From: Flavobacteriaceae bacterium
Lineage (GTDB): Bacteria > Bacteroidota > Bacteroidia > Flavobacteriales > Flavobacteriaceae
NCBI GenBank assembly: GCA_041689245.1
Contig: JBDNGO010000115.1
Location: 2,085 to 66,084 of the forward strand
DNA: 64,000 bases
Direction of reading: 5' to 3'
The notes beneath the pieces are model-generated. The model ran no database searches, was not told the origin of the DNA, and saw only the letters and a program-made list of their open reading frames with translations. Position numbers and translations under genes: made by a program. Positions 50,452 through 59,354 of the stretch are shown in pieces (positions within the stretch are counted from its first letter, which is position 1; each line of letters opens with the position of its first letter).

Positions 50452-51216
50452 ATGAAAAACAAATCTTTTTTTACAATAATTACTGTTTGTTTTAATAGTG
50501 AAAAAACGATTAATGAAACTATTCAATCTGTCTTAAATCAGAGCTACACAAACTTTGAATATATTCTTGTTGATGGAAAATCAACTGATAAAACCGTTGA
50601 AATAATTAAAAGTTTCGAAAATCAATTTATAGAAAAAGAAATTTCTTATAAATGGATTTCAGAAAAAGATACAGGTATTTATAACGCGTTTAATAAAGGA
50701 GTAGAACAATCAAAAGGAGATTGGATTTCTTTTTTAGGTTCTGATGATGTATATCTTAAAAATAGCATAGAAATTTATAATAATAAAATTTCTAATTTTA
50801 AAGATGAGGTAGATTTTGTATATTCAAACATCACTTTAAACAATAAAAAAGTTGTTTCAAAAAAGTGGAAATGGAAACAATTTAGAAGAAAAATGACGAT
50901 TGTTCATGTTGGTGGATTTCACAATAAAAATTATTTTAAAAAACATGGTTTTTTTAATGAAAGCTATAAAATAGCAGGAGATTACGAATTGTTATTAAGA
51001 GCAAAACAAGAGTTAAAAACCCATAAGGTTGATGAGGTAACTGTAATAATGGGAGATGGAGGAATTAGTAATAGCCAAATTAAAAATGTGTACCTAGAAA
51101 CTACAAGAGCAAAAATTGAAACAGGAAAAGTAGGTTCTTTACTTTCTAAATTTGATTATTTTATTTGGATACAAAAATATAGAATTAAAAAAATGATCTA
51201 TGCGTTGGTTAGATAA
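50452..51216 (+). CDS. Family 2 glycosyltransferase
   Basis: FTIITVCFNSEKTINETIQSVLNQSY...ILVDGKSTD and the DXD-like GSDD. 254 aa. Confidence 0.85.
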   Translation: MKNKSFFTIITVCFNSEKTINETIQSVLNQSYTNFEYILVDGKSTDKTVEIIKSFENQFIEKEISYKWISEKDTGIYNAFNKGVEQSKGDWISFLGSDDVYLKNSIEIYNNKISNFKDEVDFVYSNITLNNKKVVSKKWKWKQFRRKMTIVHVGGFHNKNYFKKHGFFNESYKIAGDYELLLRAKQELKTHKVDEVTVIMGDGGISNSQIKNVYLETTRAKIETGKVGSLLSKFDYFIWIQKYRIKKMIYALVR

Positions 51217-52387
51217 ATACATATTGTTTAGCAGCGTTTTTGCATTATTTACAGAAAGTTTTACTTTTCATTATGTAATTGATTGGAAGCTTTTTTATAT
51301 AATAATTTTTACTAATTTAATTCTTTTAGCAACTAGAAAAAAACTAACAATTCATCAAAACATTATTTATGTTTTCATTTTTTTTATAGTACACGGAATT
51401 GTTTTTTTTATCTGGTTTCAAAATCCTATAAAATCTTTAATTGCACAGTTATTAGGGATAGGAATAAGTAGTGTTTATTATTATAACTTCTTAAAACATT
51501 ACGGAGTAAAATTAGCCTTTAACATGTATTTAAAGCTAACACTAGTTTTAGCTGTTTTAGCTATTTTTATGTATTATTTTGGAATTCATGTTTTTATCTA
51601 TAATCGTTTAAACGGAATTCTTACAGAGCCAGCCCATTATGTTGCTATAGTTTTACCAGCAACCTATGTTTTTTTTAGAGAAAAAGAGTATCTAAAATTT
51701 GCGGTATTATTAGTAACAATATTCTTAGCAAATTCTTCTATCGGATATATTGGATTAGCACTGATAATTATTTTACCATTATTAAAAACAAAATATTTAG
51801 TAAAATATTTATGGATAGTTGGAATTGTTTTAGGCAGTAGCGGATATTATATTTCTACACAATGGAATAAACCTATAGATGAAAACGAAAGCAATGTGTT
51901 AGTAAGAAGGCTTAAAGAAACCAAAGAGTCTTTAAATGCGGTTTATACAGGTAAATTTGAAGAACACACAAATTTAAGTTCGTATGCGTTTTTGAGCAAT
52001 ACTTTTATCACAAGAAAAGTGTTTTTAGAAAAACCTTTAGGCGCTGGACTTGGTAGTTATCCACACGAATATGACAAACATTATGCTGAATTAAAACCAC
52101 CGCCATACATAGTTACACTAAAACAATCTAAAATAAACAGAACAGATGCAAACTCGCTTTTTTTAAGACTGGTTGCAAACTTAGGTGTTTTCGCCTTTTT
52201 ATTCATACTGTTTTTTATCTACAGAAGCAGCAAGTTGTTTAAGAATGATCAAAAAATAATCCAACAAAGCACATTTTTTTATTTAGTTTTAAAACTCATT
52301 AGAGAAGGGCATTATTTTCCTCCAGAATTTTACTTTTTTTTACTCATTTTTTTAAAAGACTTTGATGAAGATATTACACATAGTTGA
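51200..52387 (+). CDS. Polytopic membrane protein, Wzy-type O-antigen/repeat-unit polymerase candidate
   Basis: ~10 TM helices and one larger loop (aa ~215-300) ending in RTDANSLFLRLVANLG. No soluble domain. Confidence 0.5.
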   Translation: MRWLDKYILFSSVFALFTESFTFHYVIDWKLFYIIIFTNLILLATRKKLTIHQNIIYVFIFFIVHGIVFFIWFQNPIKSLIAQLLGIGISSVYYYNFLKHYGVKLAFNMYLKLTLVLAVLAIFMYYFGIHVFIYNRLNGILTEPAHYVAIVLPATYVFFREKEYLKFAVLLVTIFLANSSIGYIGLALIIILPLLKTKYLVKYLWIVGIVLGSSGYYISTQWNKPIDENESNVLVRRLKETKESLNAVYTGKFEEHTNLSSYAFLSNTFITRKVFLEKPLGAGLGSYPHEYDKHYAELKPPPYIVTLKQSKINRTDANSLFLRLVANLGVFAFLFILFFIYRSSKLFKNDQKIIQQSTFFYLVLKLIREGHYFPPEFYFFLLIFLKDFDEDITHS

Positions 52388-53450
52388 AGATTTTTCTATA
52401 AAAAGCGGAGGATTAAGAACCGTAATTAAAAATCTTGATTTTTATTTAAAAAAATTAGGACATAATTCCTTTATAATCGCTTCAGATAAAGAAAAACAAG
52501 ACGATGTTTTTGTCGTAAAATCATCTAATAAATGGTTATATTCTAATAAATGGGAAAAAAGGATTTCTGAAGTTATTGATGAACATAAAATAGAACTTAT
52601 CCATATTCATGGAGCTTGGCTGTATCCTCAATATATAGGTGCAAAAATTGCCTCTCAAAAAAACATTCCAATGGTTTTAAGTTTACATGGAATGTTTCAA
52701 CCTTGGCTGTGGGAAAAAGGAACATTAAAAAAGAAACTCTATTTTTATTTATTAAGCAAAAAACATTTTTCAAAAGCAGCAATTATCCATGCTATAACAA
52801 TTCAAGAAACAAATACTATTAAAGGTTTTTTTAAAAGAAATAATATAGTTGAAATCCCTAATTTAATTACTGTTGATAAAGTAAATGAAGAAAATAATAT
52901 CAGTAATAAAAATATAGTTTACTTAGGGCGGCTTAACAAAACAAAAGGGATAGATATTTTAATTAAAGCATTTTCAAGAATACAGAATAAACAAATAAAA
53001 CTTGTAATTGCTGGTGGATTTAATGCTTATAAAAACGAGTTAGAAACCCTTGTTGATTTTCTAAACTTAAAAGGAAAAGTTGAGTTTTTAGGAGAAGTGA
53101 AAGAAGAAAAGAAAACGAAGTTAATTCAAACTGCTTGGGTAATGGCAAGTCCAACTCATTCAGACGTAATCGGAATGGTAAATTTAGAAGCTGCATCTTT
53201 GAAAACACCAATGATTACAACTTATAATACAGGATTAAATGAGAAATGGAATACAAACGGAGGCAGATTAATAAATCCTAACGTAGAAGAATTAGCAGAA
53301 GTTTTAACAGAAATTTTAAATTGGTCGTTAGAAGAAAGAGTTGCGCAAGGAGAATTACTTTATAAGTTTATAAAAAAAGAGTATTCTTGGGAAAACAGAT
53401 TAAAAGAATGGGAGTCACTTTATAAAAAAGCAATTGTTAATGAAAAGTAA
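52362..53450 (+). CDS. Family 4 (GT-B) glycosyltransferase
   Basis: N-terminal KILHIVEDFSIKSGG. The C-terminal region has the EX7E-type motif (GMVNLEAASLKTPMITT). Confidence 0.8.
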   Translation: MMKILHIVEDFSIKSGGLRTVIKNLDFYLKKLGHNSFIIASDKEKQDDVFVVKSSNKWLYSNKWEKRISEVIDEHKIELIHIHGAWLYPQYIGAKIASQKNIPMVLSLHGMFQPWLWEKGTLKKKLYFYLLSKKHFSKAAIIHAITIQETNTIKGFFKRNNIVEIPNLITVDKVNEENNISNKNIVYLGRLNKTKGIDILIKAFSRIQNKQIKLVIAGGFNAYKNELETLVDFLNLKGKVEFLGEVKEEKKTKLIQTAWVMASPTHSDVIGMVNLEAASLKTPMITTYNTGLNEKWNTNGGRLINPNVEELAEVLTEILNWSLEERVAQGELLYKFIKKEYSWENRLKEWESLYKKAIVNEK

Positions 53451-54654
53451 TTGGTTAGAAAAAGTAACAAAACTGTCGTTTTTAGGATTAGCTTTAGTGC
53501 CTTTGTTAAAGGAAAACGCAAATTCTATTTTAATTATTATTTGCGCACTTTTAACGTTAGTTTGTAATATTCAAACAAAAGAAAAGATAAAATTAAAACC
53601 CGAACTATGGATATTAACATTACCTTTTTGGATGTTCCTTTTGCACGAATTATTAAGCGTAGACAATAATTTTTCCAGAGTTTTAATACACTTACCATTT
53701 TTAATTTTTCCTTTACTATTTGCCTTTAAACCAAGTTATATAAATAATAATTTGAAAATAAAAGCATTGTTTGTTTTTCAAATTAGCGCTCTGTTGCAAT
53801 GCTTTATTTATATTGTTGTTTTTTTAGCAAACAACCCAATAAGTAAGTTCTTTTATGTAAGAAATAATATTCCTTTTTTTAGAGAATATGTATCAGAAAA
53901 TTACTTATTTGAAATTCATCCAACGTATTTTAGTTCGTTTTTATTGGTAAGTTTTACGGTTTCACTTTTTTCATTAATAAAATACAAGAAAGACATCTTT
54001 GCTATTCTAAATGTGTTGATTATGGTCTTTTTTATATTCTTATTTTCTTCTCGAATGATAATATTAACACTACTGCTTTCTATAATTTTTGCAGTACTAT
54101 ATTTGATATTACAAAAAGGATTAAAACAAAGTATTTTTATTTTGCTTACAAGCGCTGTTTTATTAACCGTTTTAATTTATCCTGCAAAAAATATTATTGG
54201 AGAGCGGTTTAAAGAAATTAAAACAGAGATAAACAAACCTATTGTAGGAGATTATTATAACTCTACAAATACCAGAAGGGCTATTTTAAAATGTTCTTTT
54301 GTTGTATTAAAAGAAGCTCCTTTTTTTGGTTACGGAGATAAATTACAAGAAAAACTTAATAATTGCTATAAAGAAAATAACGACAGTGATTTTTACCTAA
54401 AACATACTTTTAACACACATAATTACTATATAAATTTAGTTACGTATGGCGGTTGGACTTTTCTCTTGCTATTTATTGTGTACCTATTTTACATCTATAA
54501 AAAGATTAATTATTCGGCATTAGGGTTGTTTTTATTAATTCAGTTTTTGATAATTAATTTGACTGAAAATTATTTTTCTAGACATTATGGAATTGTTTTA
54601 TTTACCTATTTAACCTCAATGCTTATTTTTAATGAGAAAAGAAAAACAGAATAA
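53434..54654 (+). CDS. O-antigen ligase / Wzy_C-domain membrane protein
   Basis: ~11 TM helices. A periplasmic loop carries ...GYGDKLQEKL...HTFNTHNYYINLVTYGG, which resembles the Wzy_C/WaaL signature. Confidence 0.55.
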   Translation: MLMKSNWLEKVTKLSFLGLALVPLLKENANSILIIICALLTLVCNIQTKEKIKLKPELWILTLPFWMFLLHELLSVDNNFSRVLIHLPFLIFPLLFAFKPSYINNNLKIKALFVFQISALLQCFIYIVVFLANNPISKFFYVRNNIPFFREYVSENYLFEIHPTYFSSFLLVSFTVSLFSLIKYKKDIFAILNVLIMVFFIFLFSSRMIILTLLLSIIFAVLYLILQKGLKQSIFILLTSAVLLTVLIYPAKNIIGERFKEIKTEINKPIVGDYYNSTNTRRAILKCSFVVLKEAPFFGYGDKLQEKLNNCYKENNDSDFYLKHTFNTHNYYINLVTYGGWTFLLLFIVYLFYIYKKINYSALGLFLLIQFLIINLTENYFSRHYGIVLFTYLTSMLIFNEKRKTE

Positions 54655-55835
54655 TGCTTCCAAAAAAAAACATACTATTAATCTCTCCCTTCTTTTTTCC
54701 TGAATTGATATCTACAGGAAAATTTAATTCTGATATGGTTATTGCGTTAAGAGACAATGGTCATCATGTTAAAGTTTTGTGTTTTCACCCTTTTTATCCA
54801 AAATGGAAAACAGAAAGAAGCGAAGAAAAATTAGATAATATTGAGGTTATTAGAGGAGGAAAAAACAATGTCTATACTCAAATAAATATTGTAAGAAGAC
54901 TTGTCTTAGAGTTGAGTTTTTCTTTTTTTGTATTTAGAAAAATCTTTAAACATCAAAAAAACACAGACATTATCATTTCTGTTTTTCCGCCAAGTTTGGC
55001 TTTTTATATTATGTTGCCTTTTTTAAGAAAAGGAATTGAAAAAGCAGGAATAATTCATGATTTACAAGAAGTTTATTCTAAAAATAAAAAAGGAATTATA
55101 TATAAATGGATTGGGAAAATTATTCATCACATAGAAAAAAAAGGTTTTAAGGCGTGTGATAAGTTAATTTTTCTATCACAAGAAATGAAAAATGTTGCAC
55201 AAGAAAGGTATCAATTAAATACTTCAAAACTAAAAGTACAATATCCGTTTGTAACAATTAATACAAATAAAAAAGAGAAGCAAAACGTATTAGAAGAAAT
55301 TTTACCAAGCGATATAAAGCATATTGTATACTCTGGAGCATTAGGAGAAAAACAAAATCCATTTGAACTTTATAAAGTATTTAATTATTGCTCAGAAAAA
55401 TTACCAGAACTTAGATTTCATGTTTTCTCTCAAGGGTCTCGTTTTGAGGAGTTAAAAACAAATAATAACAATGCAAAAATTAAATTTCACAACTTAGTAG
55501 CAAAAGAAAATATAGAAGAATTATATCAAAGAAGTTTTATTCAGTTTATTCCTCAATCTGCGGGGACTTCTAAAGGATCATTACCCTCAAAACTCCCTAA
55601 TTTGTTAGCATCAAAATGTAACATCATCTGTATTACTGATTCTGGAAGCGATATTGACATTTTGTTTAAAAAACAGAAATTAAAAAAAGTACTTACAAGC
55701 TGGAGTAAAAAACTTATTTTAAATAGTATTGAAGAGTTTTTACTTGAAAAAACACCTAATTATACAAGGCAAAATAAAATTTCAGACGAATTATTTAATG
55801 TAAATTCAATGATAAATAGTATTTTAGACACTTAA
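54654..55835 (+). CDS. Family 4 glycosyltransferase, WcaI/WbuB-like
   Basis: N-terminal ILLISPFFFPELISTGKFNSDMVIALRDNGHHVKVLCFHPFYPKW matches the WcaI/WbuB pattern. Confidence 0.7.
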   Translation: MLPKKNILLISPFFFPELISTGKFNSDMVIALRDNGHHVKVLCFHPFYPKWKTERSEEKLDNIEVIRGGKNNVYTQINIVRRLVLELSFSFFVFRKIFKHQKNTDIIISVFPPSLAFYIMLPFLRKGIEKAGIIHDLQEVYSKNKKGIIYKWIGKIIHHIEKKGFKACDKLIFLSQEMKNVAQERYQLNTSKLKVQYPFVTINTNKKEKQNVLEEILPSDIKHIVYSGALGEKQNPFELYKVFNYCSEKLPELRFHVFSQGSRFEELKTNNNNAKIKFHNLVAKENIEELYQRSFIQFIPQSAGTSKGSLPSKLPNLLASKCNIICITDSGSDIDILFKKQKLKKVLTSWSKKLILNSIEEFLLEKTPNYTRQNKISDELFNVNSMINSILDT

Positions 55836-55854
55836 TTACTTTAATTAATTTGTA

Positions 55855-57210
55855 TTGAAAAAGAGGTACTCGTATTTAATAACGCCATTAATTATATTCA
55901 TAGATTTGTGTATTATTAATGGTATTATATTTTATGTTTCTGATAATGAATACTTGAGAAAAAGTTTTTTTATTTACATAAATATTTTTTGGTTATTTTC
56001 TTCGTTTTTTATTGGCTTTTATAAAATTTACAGACATACTCGTTTTTATAGAATATTAAGTTTATTAGCAATACAACTTAGTGTATTCTTTTTAGGCTTT
56101 TTCACCTACTTCACCCTTTTTAGAGAAGGAGATGTTGTAAATAATCAAACCTTAATTTTAATAACAATTTTTTTAGGAATAGCAGGAATGAAATTACTGT
56201 TTGTTTATGCTTTAAAAAAATATAGATCATTTGGAAATAATTATAGAAAAATAATTGTGTTAGGTTCTGATGATACAGCAAAAAAACTGATAAATGTTTT
56301 TAAAGAAAACAAAGAATTTGGATATTTAGTTTCGGCGTTCTTTTCAGATAAAATATCTAAAAGCAACTTGTATGGCGGTACAATTAACCAAAGTTTACCA
56401 TATATTTTAGATAATGAAATTGACGAAGTGTATTGCTCTTTGTCTGAATTAAACAAACAGGTTGTTAAAGAGATAACAATTTTCGCAAATGAAAACAATA
56501 TAATTGTAAAATTAGTACCCGATGCTAACGAACTTTATAGTAAAAGCTATAAGAAAGAATACTACGATGATTCCATGTTGGTTTTAAATGTGAGTAAACT
56601 ACCATTTGAAACGAAAGAAAATAGAGTTGTTAAAAGAATATTTGACATTATTTTTTCAATTTTAGTTATCATCTTTGTAATGTCTTGGCTTACTCCAATT
56701 TTATGGATAATCATAAAATTAGATTCAAGAGGTTCAGCCTTTTTTAAACAAAAAAGAGAAGGTTTAAGAGGAGAGCTATTTGTTTGTTATAAGTTTAGGT
56801 CTATGAAAATAAATGCAGTTTCAGACAACAAACACACTATAAAAAACGATATACGAGTTACTTCTTTTGGTTCTTTTTTAAGAAGAACAAGTCTTGATGA
56901 ACTTCCACAGTTTTTTAATGTTTTAAAAGGAAATATGAGTGTTGTTGGGCCTCGACCTCATTTAAAAAGCGTATCTATTGAGTATCAAAAAAATGTTAAC
57001 AATTATTTAGATAGACATGCAGTAAAACCAGGGATAACAGGGTTGGCTCAAGTTCGAGGATATAGAGGAGAAATTACTAAAAAAACAGATATAAAAAACA
57101 GAATTAGATTGGATATTTTTTACATTGAAAATTGGGCTATTTTATTAGATATAAAAATCATTTTACAAACAATTTTTAATGTCTTTAAAGGAGAAGAAAA
57201 AGCGTATTAA
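55855..57210 (+). CDS. Undecaprenyl-phosphate sugar phosphotransferase (WbaP/exopolysaccharide-type initiating enzyme)
   Basis: Four N-terminal TM helices and a central Rossmann-like segment. The C-terminal bacterial sugar-transferase domain reads KRIFDIIFS...DELPQFFNVLKGNMSVVGPRP...PGITGLAQV. A TTG start is required to include the TM region. Confidence 0.88.
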   Translation: MKKRYSYLITPLIIFIDLCIINGIIFYVSDNEYLRKSFFIYINIFWLFSSFFIGFYKIYRHTRFYRILSLLAIQLSVFFLGFFTYFTLFREGDVVNNQTLILITIFLGIAGMKLLFVYALKKYRSFGNNYRKIIVLGSDDTAKKLINVFKENKEFGYLVSAFFSDKISKSNLYGGTINQSLPYILDNEIDEVYCSLSELNKQVVKEITIFANENNIIVKLVPDANELYSKSYKKEYYDDSMLVLNVSKLPFETKENRVVKRIFDIIFSILVIIFVMSWLTPILWIIIKLDSRGSAFFKQKREGLRGELFVCYKFRSMKINAVSDNKHTIKNDIRVTSFGSFLRRTSLDELPQFFNVLKGNMSVVGPRPHLKSVSIEYQKNVNNYLDRHAVKPGITGLAQVRGYRGEITKKTDIKNRIRLDIFYIENWAILLDIKIILQTIFNVFKGEEKAY

Positions 57211-57212
57211 TT

Positions 57213-57971
57213 TTGAGTGAAAAAATTGAAATATCAGCTACAATAGTATTGTATAAAGAAAACATACAAGCACTTCAAAAAACCATAAATAATTTTTTAA
57301 ACCTCCCTTTTTCAAAAAAATTGTTTTTAATTGATAACTCACCAGACAATCGTTTAGAAAATGAATTTATTTCTAAAGAAATAACATACAAATTTGTTGG
57401 TAAAAACATAGGCTTTGGCGCTGCTCATAACCTTGTAATAAGCACTATAAAGAATAAATCAAATTATCATTTAGTATTAAATCCAGATATACAATTTGAA
57501 CCAGATACAATTAAACAATTAATCATTAAACTTTCTGAAGATAGTCTTTTAGCAATGATAGCTCCCAAGGTATTTTATCCAAATAAGGAAATGCAATTTA
57601 CGTGTAGAAAATACCCCACAAAAGGTGAATTAATTTTTAGAAGGTTAAAGGGTTTTAAAAACTTCACAAAAGATCAAGAGTACAGAAAAAGAAGTTTAGA
57701 TATTCCTTTTTATCCAGATTTTATTCATGGTTGTTTTATGTTATTTAACACAAATGATTTTGTTGCAATACAAGGTTTCGACGAACGGTATTTTCTATAT
57801 ATGGAAGATGTAGATATTTGTAAAAAAATAGATGTATTTGGTAAGAAAAAAATGTATTTCCCTTTCGTGTCAATTATTCATGATCATAGAAAAGGTTCAG
57901 CAAAAAATCTACATTTATTATGGTTTCATATTTCATCGGTAAGAAAATACTTTAAGAAATGGCAAAATTAA
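57213..57971 (+). CDS. Family 2 glycosyltransferase (rhamnosyltransferase-like)
   Basis: ISATIVLYKEN...LFLIDNSPD, GFGAAHN and YMEDVDIC. TTG start. Confidence 0.75.
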   Translation: MSEKIEISATIVLYKENIQALQKTINNFLNLPFSKKLFLIDNSPDNRLENEFISKEITYKFVGKNIGFGAAHNLVISTIKNKSNYHLVLNPDIQFEPDTIKQLIIKLSEDSLLAMIAPKVFYPNKEMQFTCRKYPTKGELIFRRLKGFKNFTKDQEYRKRSLDIPFYPDFIHGCFMLFNTNDFVAIQGFDERYFLYMEDVDICKKIDVFGKKKMYFPFVSIIHDHRKGSAKNLHLLWFHISSVRKYFKKWQN

Positions 57972-57994
57972 ATAGATAATACATTTTCAGAACG

Positions 57995-58002
57995 TATATT
58001 TG
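57995..58002 (+). promoter_or_regulatory. TAnnTTTG (-7) box upstream of purD
   Basis: TATATTTG ends 24 nt before the ATG at 58027. Confidence 0.4.
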
Positions 58003-58026
58003 TGTACTTAAACAACAACACACTAC

Positions 58027-59301
58027 ATGAATATTTTAATCTTAGGTTCTGGAGGAAGAGAACACGCTTTTGCTTTAAAATTATCTCAAAGTAATAAGGT
58101 AAATCAACTTTTTGTTGCCCCTGGAAATGCAGGAACTTTTCAAATAGCAACCAATATTAACATCAACCCAACAGATTTTAATGCGATAAAAGAAGTTGTT
58201 TTAAACAACCAAATTAACATGGTTGTTGTTGGTCCAGAATCGCCTTTGGTAGATGGAGTTCATGATTTTTTCTTAGCAGATAAAGACTTAAAAAATATTC
58301 CAGTAATTGGCCCTAAAAAAGATGGAGCTTTGTTAGAAGGAAGTAAAGATTTTTCTAAAATTTTTATGAAAAAACATAATATTCCAACAGCACAATATCA
58401 ATCATTCACAAAAGATAATTTATCAGAAGGGTTTACCTTTTTAGAAACCTTAAACTCACCTTACGTTTTAAAAGCCGATGGATTAGCAGCCGGAAAAGGT
58501 GTCTTGATTTTAGATTCTTTAGACGAAGCAAAAACGGAGTTAGCAGAAATGCTTACGAATCAAAAATTTGGAGAAGCTTCATCTACCGTAGTTATAGAAG
58601 AATTTTTAGACGGAATTGAACTATCTGTTTTTGTATTAACTGACGGGAAAAGCTACAAAATTTTGCCTTCTGCAAAAGATTACAAACGGATTGGCGAAGG
58701 GGATAAAGGATTAAATACGGGTGGAATGGGGGCAATTTCTCCTGTGCCTTTTGCATCAGAAGATTTTTTACAGAAAGTTGAAGAAAGAATTGTAATCCCT
58801 ACCATAAACGGCTTGCAAAAAGACGGAATAGATTACCGTGGATTTATCTTTATTGGGCTAATGAATGTTGATGGAAATCCACAAGTAATTGAGTATAATG
58901 TTAGAATGGGTGATCCAGAAACGGAAGTTGTAATTCCAAGAATTGAGTCAGATTTGTTTGATTTATTTGATGGAGTTGCAAACCAAACATTACACGAAAA
59001 ATCATTTTCTATCAATCCAAAAACAGCAATAACAGTGATGTTGGTTTCAGGAGGATATCCAGAAGTATATAAAAAAGGAAAAGAAATGACAGGGGTAGAA
59101 AAAGTATCTGACTCTATTGTATTTCACGCAGGGACAACATTAAAAGGGGATAAAATTATAACAAACGGAGGAAGAGTTATGGCAATTACTTCTTTTGGAG
59201 ACACCATTGAAGAAGCATTAAAAAAATCATATTCTTCAATAGAAAAGATTCATTTTGAAAACATGAATTTTAGAAAAGATATTGGTTTTGATTTAGTTTA
59301 A
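58027..59301 (+). CDS. purD: Phosphoribosylamine--glycine ligase
   Basis: MNILILGSGGREHAFALKL, ATP-grasp motifs (VLKADGLAAGKGV, IEYNVRMGDPE) and GGRVMAIT. 424 aa. Confidence 0.97.
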   Translation: MNILILGSGGREHAFALKLSQSNKVNQLFVAPGNAGTFQIATNININPTDFNAIKEVVLNNQINMVVVGPESPLVDGVHDFFLADKDLKNIPVIGPKKDGALLEGSKDFSKIFMKKHNIPTAQYQSFTKDNLSEGFTFLETLNSPYVLKADGLAAGKGVLILDSLDEAKTELAEMLTNQKFGEASSTVVIEEFLDGIELSVFVLTDGKSYKILPSAKDYKRIGEGDKGLNTGGMGAISPVPFASEDFLQKVEERIVIPTINGLQKDGIDYRGFIFIGLMNVDGNPQVIEYNVRMGDPETEVVIPRIESDLFDLFDGVANQTLHEKSFSINPKTAITVMLVSGGYPEVYKKGKEMTGVEKVSDSIVFHAGTTLKGDKIITNGGRVMAITSFGDTIEEALKKSYSSIEKIHFENMNFRKDIGFDLV

Positions 59302-59316
59302 AAAACTTACCTGTCA

Positions 59317-59334
59317 TTCCTGCGTAGGCAGGAA
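59317..59334. other. GC-rich hairpin downstream of purD (REP-like element or atypical terminator)
   Basis: TTCCTGC-GTAG-GCAGGAA gives a 7-bp stem and a 4-nt loop, with no T-tract. It stands out against the AT-rich flanks. Confidence 0.35.
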
Positions 59335-59354
59335 CCTCATTATTATAGTTCTAA

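Noticed and set aside
52057-52065. A perfect DnaA-box 9-mer TTATCCACA, which raised the possibility of oriC.
   Set aside because: It is a single isolated copy inside a membrane-protein CDS, with no cluster of boxes and no adjacent AT-rich unwinding element. It is compatible with chance.
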